Positions 57,554-64,000 of a stretch of DNA of 64,000 bases are shown one piece after another. Origin of the DNA: an uncultured candidatus Porisulfidus sp. Lineage in GTDB: Bacteria > Pseudomonadota > Gammaproteobacteria > Poriferisulfidales > Poriferisulfidaceae. Where the stretch lies: assembly GCA_965116025.1 (NCBI GenBank), contig OZ220480.1:1951447-2015446 (forward strand), written 5' to 3'. The first letter of the stretch is position 1, and the number at the start of each line of letters is the position of its first letter. The notes beneath the pieces were generated by a model, which was given only the letters and a program-made list of their open reading frames with translations, made no database searches and was not told the DNA's origin. Position numbers and translations under genes: made by a program.

Positions 57554-58441
57554 TTATAGAGGGCGAACGCGCGCGGGAAACGCCTCCCGCGCGTCGAACA
57601 CCGGACCATCGACGCATACCCGCTTCATGGCCACGCCATCTTCCTTCACGATCTTCACCGCGCACCCGGCGCACCCGCCGACCGCGCACGCCATGTATTC
57701 CTCCATGCATACTTGGCACGGCAGGGCGAACTCCTCGGCCAGCCGGGCCACCGCCTCCAGCATCGGCGTCGGCCCACAGGCGTAGACGGCCACCCGCCTG
57801 AGCGCGTCGGGAGGCTGAGACTCGAGCCATATCCGGGCGAACGCGTCCACATAGCCGTCGTGGCATCCAGCATAGCCCCGGGTGGAGCATAAGCGAGACG
57901 CGACTCCCCAGTCGTCGAGCAATCCCATGCAGGCGATCACGCCATCCGGCGCGCCCGGGACCAGAATGGTCGAGGGACGGCTTTCGAACGGAAACGGGAT
58001 CTCCGAGCCCATCACCACCAGCGGCGCGGAGCGATCCCGGATCTCGCGGGCGAGAAACAGAATCGGCGGAATCCCGACCCCGCCCCCGATCAGCAACGGC
58101 CGATCGCGCTCCGGATCGAACCGGAAGCCTCGTCCGATCGGGCCAAGCGTCGGCAAGGTCTCGCCTTCCCGGACTCGCGCCAGAGCCGCCGTCCCCGCTC
58201 CCACCACCTTGTACAGAAACTCGACCGTCCCGGCCTTCCGGTCGCTCCACAGGATGGAGAGCGGGCGGCGCGTCATGCGGCCGCCTCCAGGAACCTCCAG
58301 ATGCGCGAAGCTCCCCGGCGTCGCGAATTCGGCGATCACGGGAGCTTCCAGCGTCAGGGCGTGCTGGTTCGCCTCCAAGTGGCGCGCGCGAAGCGCGCGC
58401 GCGTCAACGCTGTGAATGGGAACGCGAGACGCCGCCGTCAC
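57554..58441 (-). CDS. PyrK-like ferredoxin-NAD(P) reductase-family protein (FAD/NAD-binding plus 2Fe-2S cysteine cluster)
   Basis: …YACGPTPM… and C-terminal Cys cluster CQVCMEEYMACAVGGCAGCAV as in the dihydroorotate dehydrogenase electron-transfer subunit. GTG start at 58441 overlaps the pyrC' stop (GTGA). Confidence 0.65.
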   Translation of the reverse strand: MTAASRVPIHSVDARALRARHLEANQHALTLEAPVIAEFATPGSFAHLEVPGGGRMTRRPLSILWSDRKAGTVEFLYKVVGAGTAALARVREGETLPTLGPIGRGFRFDPERDRPLLIGGGVGIPPILFLAREIRDRSAPLVVMGSEIPFPFESRPSTILVPGAPDGVIACMGLLDDWGVASRLCSTRGYAGCHDGYVDAFARIWLESQPPDALRRVAVYACGPTPMLEAVARLAEEFALPCQVCMEEYMACAVGGCAGCAVKIVKEDGVAMKRVCVDGPVFDAREAFPARVRPL

Positions 58442-59724
58442 GCCGCGCCTTCCCGTTGATAGACGACCGTTCCCCCGCGGACGGTGGCGCGCACCTGATC
58501 GTCGAAACGCCATCCGTCGAACGGCGTGTTCCGCCCCACGCTCAGCATCGAGTCGGCCTTGAAGGTCCAAGGCTCGCCCAAACGAACGACGCTGAGATCC
58601 GCGGCCGCGCCGACCGCCAGCGTGCCCGCGCCACGGCCCAGAATGGCGGCCGGGCCCGCCGTGAGCAGCTCCACCGCGCGCGCGCGGGAGAGAACCTCCT
58701 CGGACACCAGCTTCATGGTCAGCGGCAGCAGGGTCTCGATACCCGAGATCCCCGGACGGGCTTCGGGAAACGGCGCCATTTTCGAATCCGGGTCCAGAGG
58801 CTGGTGATCCGAGCAGATCGCCTGGATGACGCCGTCGCGCACGCCCTCGCGCAGGCGCTCGCGGTCGCGCTCGGCGCGCAGGGGCGGAACGACCAGCGCG
58901 TTGACGTCGAATCCGCTCACCGCCTCCTCCGTCAAAAACAGCTGATGCGCCGCGACGTCCGCGGTCACGGGAAGCCCGGCGCGCCGCCCGATCTCCAACA
59001 TGTCCACCGCTCGCGCGCAGGACAAGCGGCAGAAATGAACCCGCGCGCCAGTGTCCTGCACCAGCGCCGTCATCTGCGCGAGAGCGGCGGTCTCCGCCGC
59101 CGGCGGAATTCCCGGCAGTCCCAGCCGTGCCGCGAAGGCGCCCTCATGCGCGCAGCCTTGGCTCGCCAAGGCATGGTCTAGGGGATGGTAGAACAGGGTG
59201 AGGTCCTGGCTCGCCGCGTATTCCATGACCCGGCGCAACACCAGCAGGTTCGCGTAGGGGCGCCGCCCATTGCCGACCCCAACGCAACCCGCCTCGCGCA
59301 ACGCGCCCAGGCTGGCCAGCTGCGTGTCTCCTAGTTCCTGCATGGCGGCGCCGAGGACTTCCAAGCGCGCGAAGCCGGCCTGCCGCGCCTGCTTCATCAA
59401 CAGCCCCACCGCCGCCGGCGAATCCGGGATTGGCTGCGTCTCCGCCCCTGAGCAGACCGTGGTCACCCCGCCCGCCGCCGCGGCCCGCGTCTCGCTCCGC
59501 GCGCTAGCGCGCCGCTCGCCGATCGGGCTCAGGCAGACCGCGAGGTCCACCACGCCCGGCATCACCAGGCAACCCCGCGCGTCCACCACCCGGTCCGCCT
59601 CGAACTCCTCCATCGCCGACCCCATCCCGACGATCTTGCCGCGCGCGCAAAACACGTCGCGAACCGCGTCGACCCCGCTCGCGGGGTCGACGACGTAGCC
59701 CCCACGCACGGCCAGTCGCGTCAC
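58438..59724 (-). CDS. pyrC': Dihydroorotase-like protein (aspartate carbamoyltransferase non-catalytic chain PyrC')
   Basis: The C-terminal 428 aa of the 638-aa track ORF match the dihydroorotase-like fold (…[12 protein letters not shown]…, DHQP…). GTG start at 59724 overlaps the pyrB stop (GTGA). The upstream extension was rejected. Confidence 0.8.
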   Translation of the reverse strand: MTRLAVRGGYVVDPASGVDAVRDVFCARGKIVGMGSAMEEFEADRVVDARGCLVMPGVVDLAVCLSPIGERRASARSETRAAAAGGVTTVCSGAETQPIPDSPAAVGLLMKQARQAGFARLEVLGAAMQELGDTQLASLGALREAGCVGVGNGRRPYANLLVLRRVMEYAASQDLTLFYHPLDHALASQGCAHEGAFAARLGLPGIPPAAETAALAQMTALVQDTGARVHFCRLSCARAVDMLEIGRRAGLPVTADVAAHQLFLTEEAVSGFDVNALVVPPLRAERDRERLREGVRDGVIQAICSDHQPLDPDSKMAPFPEARPGISGIETLLPLTMKLVSEEVLSRARAVELLTAGPAAILGRGAGTLAVGAAADLSVVRLGEPWTFKADSMLSVGRNTPFDGWRFDDQVRATVRGGTVVYQREGAA

Positions 59725-60716
59725 CACGCCCGACTCCGCATCACCATGGACAGGATGGCCATGCGCACCGCCACGCCATTGCGGACCTGCTCGAGAATCG
59801 TCGAGCGCGGGCCATCCACCACCGCCGAATCCGCCTCCACCCCGCGGTTGACCGGCCCCGGGTGCATCACGACTCCATCGTCCGCCAGCAAACCCACGCG
59901 CGCCCGGGTCAGTCCGTAGAGCCGGTAGTATTCGGTCTCGTTCGGCACGAAACTGCCATGCATGCGCTCTTTCTGCAAGCGTAGCAGGATCACGGCCTGC
60001 GCTCCCTTCAGTCCCTCTTCCATGGACCTCATCGGCACCACGCCTAAGCTGGCCGCCTCTCTTGGCAGCAAGGTCCTCGGCGCGACCACCCGGATCTCGC
60101 CCACGCCCAGGGTCCGCAGGGCCTGAATCTCGGACCGCGCCACTCGCGAGTGCAGGATATCCCCGACGATGACGACCGTGATCGCGCCGAAATCCGGAAA
60201 GCGCCGGCGCAGCGTGAACATGTCCAGCATGGCTTGGGTCGGGTGCGCGTGCCGACCGTCGCCGGCGTTGATGACGCTGACGCGCTCGGCGACATGGCGG
60301 GCGATGAAATGCGCCGCCCCGCTTTGGTGGTGGCGCACCACGAACATGTCGCAACGCATCGACTCGAGATTCCGCAACGTGTCCAGCAGACTCTCGCCTT
60401 TGGTCGTGGCCGCGGTGGCCAGATCCAGATTCAGAACGTCGGCGGACAGGCGCTTCGCCGCCAGCTCGAAGGTGGTGCGGGTGCGGGTGCTGGCCTCGAA
60501 AAACAGGTTGACGATGGTCTTGCCGCGGAGCAGCGGAACCTTCCGCGCCGCCTGATCCGAGGCCACGTGGAACGACTGAGCGGTGTCCAGAATCTCTTCC
60601 AGCAGGGACGCTGGCAGTCCCTCGACGCTCAGAAAATGGCGCAAGCGTCCCTGCTCATCGATCTGGCTCTGCGCCGCCGGCGGCGCGCGAAACAGGGGAG
60701 TCTGGACCGGGCTCAC
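59721..60716 (-). CDS. pyrB: Aspartate carbamoyltransferase catalytic subunit
   Basis: STRTR, HPTQ and other ATCase motifs. 331 aa. Confidence 0.9.
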   Translation of the reverse strand: MSPVQTPLFRAPPAAQSQIDEQGRLRHFLSVEGLPASLLEEILDTAQSFHVASDQAARKVPLLRGKTIVNLFFEASTRTRTTFELAAKRLSADVLNLDLATAATTKGESLLDTLRNLESMRCDMFVVRHHQSGAAHFIARHVAERVSVINAGDGRHAHPTQAMLDMFTLRRRFPDFGAITVVIVGDILHSRVARSEIQALRTLGVGEIRVVAPRTLLPREAASLGVVPMRSMEEGLKGAQAVILLRLQKERMHGSFVPNETEYYRLYGLTRARVGLLADDGVVMHPGPVNRGVEADSAVVDGPRSTILEQVRNGVAVRMAILSMVMRSRAW

Positions 60717-61249
60717 CGAAGCGACTCTTCCAGCAATGAGCCGCTGGATCGCGTGATCACCAGTTCCAGAGGCTCCGGACCCCGCAGCTTGACTCGGTCT
60801 TCCGGTCCCAGATCCAAGCGCGTCCCGACCAGATCGGGCGCCACCGGGATTTCCCGACCCGGGCGCTCGACCAGCACCGCCAACGTCACCGAGGCCGGGC
60901 GGCCGTACTCGAACAACTCGTTGAGCGCGGCCCGCGTGGTGCGCCCGGTGAACAGCACGTCGTCGACCAGAAGGACGTGCCGGTCGTCCAGCGAGGCTGG
61001 CATGCGCGCTGGCTTCAGCGGGCGCGGCGCGGCGCGGCCCACGTCGTCACGGTGGTAGCTGACGTCCAGCGTTCCCAGCGGCTCAGCGACCGCGCAACGC
61101 GCCCGCAAAGCCTCGGCCACCCACACCCCCCCGGTATGGATGCCGACGAAGACCGGCAGGGCGATCCCCCGAGCGGTCAGGAAGGACTGAACGGAATCGC
61201 CCAAGCGGGCGAGCGCGGCGCCGACATCAACTCTCTCGCGCGACGACAT
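60713..61249 (-). CDS. pyrR: Bifunctional pyr operon regulator / uracil phosphoribosyltransferase PyrR
   Basis: PRTase motif [17 protein letters not shown]. Start at the second in-frame ATG (MSSRERV…). Confidence 0.85.
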   Translation of the reverse strand: MSSRERVDVGAALARLGDSVQSFLTARGIALPVFVGIHTGGVWVAEALRARCAVAEPLGTLDVSYHRDDVGRAAPRPLKPARMPASLDDRHVLLVDDVLFTGRTTRAALNELFEYGRPASVTLAVLVERPGREIPVAPDLVGTRLDLGPEDRVKLRGPEPLELVITRSSGSLLEESLR

Positions 61250-61679
61250 GCTGCTCCGACAGCCAAGCATTCAGGATATAGGCGGCCGCCATCTTATCAA
61301 TCTCGCCCGAGACGAGCCTTCTCTGGAGGCCGGCCCGACGGCGCGCGCGCGAATCGGCGCGCGCGCACTCGGAGGTGTAGTCCTCGTTGACCCGCGCCAC
61401 CGGCAAGCCGTAGCGCGCGGCCAATCCGGCGCGAAAGCGGCGCAACGCGCGCGTCAGGTGCCCGTCGGCCCCGACCCGCGCCTCCGGCTCGCCCACCACC
61501 AAGACGCTCGGTCGCCACGTCCGAACCAAGCGGTCGATCCCCGACCAATCCACCGAGCCGCGGCGGTTGGCGACGACCTCCACCCCGCGCGCGGTCGCGA
61601 TCTTCAGCGAGCCGACCGCCACGCCAATCCGGGCGAGCCCGAAATCGAACGCCAGCGCGACTTGGTAGTCGTCAGGCAT
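61227..61679 (-). CDS. ruvX: Holliday-junction resolvase-like RuvX/YqgF
   Basis: …ALAFDFGLARIGVAVG… RNase H-like N-terminus. 150 aa from the verified ATG at 61679. The longer track ORF was rejected. Confidence 0.85.
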   Translation of the reverse strand: MPDDYQVALAFDFGLARIGVAVGSLKIATARGVEVVANRRGSVDWSGIDRLVRTWRPSVLVVGEPEARVGADGHLTRALRRFRAGLAARYGLPVARVNEDYTSECARADSRARRRAGLQRRLVSGEIDKMAAAYILNAWLSEQHVVARES

Positions 61680-62229
61680 GCCCGCGTCCGAAATACAGGG
61701 ACGATTCGTCCAGTCCCAGCTGCTTGAGCGCCTCTCCCCAGCGACGTTCCCAGGGCGTTCCGAACAGCAACTCCGGCGACGGCTCCGCCAGCCACCATGA
61801 ACCGATGTCCATCTCTCGCTCCAACTGTCCCGGGAACCAGCCGGAATAGCCCATCGCCACCAGCAGGTTCTTCGGTCCCTTCCCGACCGCGCAACGCTCC
61901 AGCAGAGCGCGAGACGCGGTGACCCGGATGCGGCCGTCGATCTTGGCGCTATCCGAAAGCTCGCGGCCCCCAGTGTACAGTCCAAACCCCAAGTTCGGCC
62001 GCACCGGCCCGCCCAGGAACACCGGCCGGCCGAGAGCTTCCGGATCTTCCGGCTTGATCTTCATGTCGAGCAGCAGATCCCGCAAGGTGATGTCCGACGG
62101 GTGATTCACGATGAACCCGATCGCGCCATTCTCCGCGTCATGCTCGCAGACCAGGATCAGGGCGCGCCGAAAAAATTCGTTCTGCAAGTCGGGAGTCGCC
62201 ACCAGCAGACGTCCGCGCAAGGTTTTCAC
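61672..62229 (-). CDS. YqgE/AlgH-family protein
   Basis: 185-aa C-terminal part of the track ORF matches UPF0301/AlgH (…LLVATPDLQNEFFRRALILVCEHD…GAIGFIVN…). GTG start at 62229. Confidence 0.8.
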   Translation of the reverse strand: MKTLRGRLLVATPDLQNEFFRRALILVCEHDAENGAIGFIVNHPSDITLRDLLLDMKIKPEDPEALGRPVFLGGPVRPNLGFGLYTGGRELSDSAKIDGRIRVTASRALLERCAVGKGPKNLLVAMGYSGWFPGQLEREMDIGSWWLAEPSPELLFGTPWERRWGEALKQLGLDESSLYFGRGHA

Positions 62230-62801
62230 GGGCGAAGCCGCTCCCTCGCGGGCTTTTTGGTCGGGGCCCCGAACACCCAGCGGCGACTGATTCGCAAACG
62301 GTCGCGATGGGCTCGAAGCTCTTCGGGGAACGGCGCGTGCGGCCGCATGCGAGTCACGACGTCCCGCGCGGCCGCGGCCAAGGGCTCCGGCCCCGGCTCG
62401 ATCTCGATCCGCCGAACTCCGCCGCGCGCGTCCATCGTCACATGCACCACCACCTCTCCCTCGAGATCCCGCGCCACGCTCTCCCCCAGACGCTCCGCGC
62501 GCGCCACCCACTGGCGCGCGTATTCTCGTTCCAAAGTATACGCCTCCGGCGCCCTCTCCGAGCCATGCGCGGCGCCCGGGGCGGAGCGAAGGGAAAAGGG
62601 CCATGGCGGAGCTTGGCCGGTCTCCGCCAGCCCCGGCCAGGCCGCGTCTCCCGCCCAAAGCGCCTCGAAATCCGGCGCCGTCCCGGGCGGTGGGGACGTG
62701 AGCGTCACGCCCAGAATCGCCATGCCGTGCGCGGCCAGCGCCAAGAACAGGCAGAACGCCAAGCGCTCGGAGTCGGGAATCGCGGGCGTCAGCGGCCGCA
62801 T
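62226..62801 (-). CDS. TonB-C-terminal-domain protein (TonB3-like)
   Basis: N-terminal TM segment, Pro-rich region and a C-terminal …EGEVVVHVTMDARGGVRRIEIEPG… TonB-like fold. Position between gshB and algH mirrors Pseudomonas tonB3. Confidence 0.5.
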   Translation of the reverse strand: MRPLTPAIPDSERLAFCLFLALAAHGMAILGVTLTSPPPGTAPDFEALWAGDAAWPGLAETGQAPPWPFSLRSAPGAAHGSERAPEAYTLEREYARQWVARAERLGESVARDLEGEVVVHVTMDARGGVRRIEIEPGPEPLAAAARDVVTRMRPHAPFPEELRAHRDRLRISRRWVFGAPTKKPARERLRP

Positions 62802-62804
62802 GGA

Positions 62805-63761
62805 TCAAGTCTCCAGCCAGCGATCGGCCACGGCGTCCCAGAAGCGCGCCGCCACCGCCCGCCCGGTCGCCCGCTCCACCTCGCGGACGCAAGTCGGAGA
62901 CGTGACGTTGATCTCGGTCAGCCACCCTCCGACCACGTCCACTCCCGCGAAGCACACCCCGGCGTCCCGCAAGGGCTTCCCCACGCGCTCCGCGATCTCG
63001 CGGTCGCGCTCGCTGGCCGGCTCCACCCGCAAGGTCCCGCCTTGAGAGAGGTTGGCGCGAAAATCCCCCTTCTTGGGGACGCGCACCGCGACGTCCGGGA
63101 TTAGCTCGCCGTCGATCAGCAACAGACGCCGGTCGCCCTCGACCACCTCAGGGAGAAAGCGTTGCGCCATCGCGGGCACGGAGCCTCGCCGCGTGACGGT
63201 CTCGATGGCCTGGGCCAGGGCGGGATCTCCCGGGCGCAAGCGGTACACCTGATCCCCTCCCATGCGGTCGAGCGGCTTGACGACGATCTCGCCATGCCGC
63301 GCCAGGAACCGTTCCAAGTCGTCGCGGCGCGCGCTCACCAGAAAAGGCGGCGCGAGATCCGCGAACCGCGCGATGGAGAGCTTCTCGTTGACATCGCGCA
63401 GCGCGTTCGGGGCGTTGAGAACGAGCGCGCCAGCGGCGCGGGCCTGGTCCAGCAACCAAGTGGCGGCGATGTACGCCAGATCGACGGGCGGGTCCTTGCG
63501 CATCAGCACCACATCGAACTCGGCCAGAGCCGCCTCGCGCTCCTCCTCGACCCGGCACCAGTCAGCCCGGTCGGAGACGAGAACCTTCCGGACGCGAGCG
63601 AGCGCGCCGTCGGGACCGCCGCTCAGGTCGGAAAGCGTCGCGACGTGCAGCTCTGCGCCACGCGCCTGGGCCGCCAGCATGAGCGCGACGGTCGAGTCTC
63701 GCTCTGGACGGATCCGCTCAGGCGGATCCATGACCACGGCGACGCGGCGCGGCGCGCTCAC
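62805..63761 (-). CDS. gshB: Glutathione synthetase
   Basis: ATP-grasp motifs and GshB N-terminal domain. 318 aa. Confidence 0.9.
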   Translation of the reverse strand: MSAPRRVAVVMDPPERIRPERDSTVALMLAAQARGAELHVATLSDLSGGPDGALARVRKVLVSDRADWCRVEEEREAALAEFDVVLMRKDPPVDLAYIAATWLLDQARAAGALVLNAPNALRDVNEKLSIARFADLAPPFLVSARRDDLERFLARHGEIVVKPLDRMGGDQVYRLRPGDPALAQAIETVTRRGSVPAMAQRFLPEVVEGDRRLLLIDGELIPDVAVRVPKKGDFRANLSQGGTLRVEPASERDREIAERVGKPLRDAGVCFAGVDVVGGWLTEINVTSPTCVREVERATGRAVAARFWDAVADRWLET

Positions 63762-63788
63762 GCGCCGTCCCCGCTCCCAAACGGACGA

Positions 63789-64000
63789 TCAGTAGCGATA
63801 ATGATCGGGCTTGTAGGGCCCGCGCGCGTCCACGCCCAAGTACTCCGCCTGCTCCGACGTCAGCTCGGTCAGATGGACGCCGAGCTTGTCCAAGTGCAGA
63901 CGCGCGACCTCCTCGTCCTTGTCCTTCGGCAAGGTGTGAACGCCGGGCCCGTAAGCGTCCGGCCGCCGCCACAACTCGATCTGGGCCAGCACCTGGTTGG
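63789..64000 (-). CDS. ahcY: Adenosylhomocysteinase, C-terminal fragment (gene continues beyond window end)
   Basis: The C-terminus …LAQIELW…[22 protein letters not shown]…[10 protein letters not shown] is diagnostic of SAH hydrolase. The reading frame stays open to the window end. Confidence 0.8.
   Translation of the reverse strand, partial: NQVLAQIELWRRPDAYGPGVHTLPKDKDEEVARLHLDKLGVHLTELTSEQAEYLGVDARGPYKPDHYRY

Noticed and set aside
58438-60354. 638-aa ORF (pyrC' with a 210-aa N-terminal extension overlapping pyrB)
   Set aside because: The extension is out of frame with pyrB and R/G-rich. The GTG at 59724 overlapping the pyrB stop gives a normal-length dihydroorotase-like protein.
61227-62955. 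252-aa and 427-aa minus-strand ORFs (extended ruvX and yqgE)
   Set aside because: The N-terminal extensions are R/G/A-rich and overlap the upstream genes out of frame. Conserved N-termini start at 61679 (ATG) and 62229 (GTG).

Overview
High-GC (~68-70%) gammaproteobacterial chromosome segment with Pseudomonas-like synteny: gshB-tonB3-algH-ruvX-pyrR-pyrB-pyrC', eno-ftsB-ispD-ispF, dcd-apbC divergent from metG, and nrdAB. Housekeeping core genes are interrupted by several compositionally distinct accessory patches. (i) The first ~5.7 kb is a lower-GC defence island: the C-terminal part of a DUF1156 N6-adenine methylase (DPPY motif), a DUF433/DUF5615 toxin-antitoxin pair, a 927-aa DUF499 (BrxC-like) P-loop ATPase, and a second orphan DUF433 copy forming a ~200-bp direct repeat. 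(ii) An HvfA/Buf2-type (EGKCG-repeat, 9 Cys) secreted RiPP metallophore precursor is followed by a DoxX protein, a DUF692 (MNIO) maturase and a DUF2063 partner. (iii) A 1200+ aa autotransporter with FN3/Calx-like repeats has an 18-nt homopolymeric G/C tract just upstream of its probable start, a candidate phase-variation switch. (iv) A lower-GC island carries a solitary MmeI-like Type IIG restriction-modification fusion. Next to it, under a near-consensus sigma70 promoter, is an orphan NHLP-type RiPP leader peptide with a minimal LCCCL core, followed by a hypothetical-dinB operon. (v) An alkB alkane hydroxylase is divergent from a MerR/B12-domain regulator with a palindromic operator candidate. 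(vi) A Fur-box-controlled exbB-exbD-exbD-tonB-TBDR-FMN oxidase-piuC cluster is divergent from an uncharacterised ALDH / P-loop kinase-like / MetA-like trio. No rRNA, tRNA, CRISPR array, transposase or integrase was recognised. Many long ORFs in the six-frame track are antisense or out-of-frame artefacts of the high GC content and were rejected.
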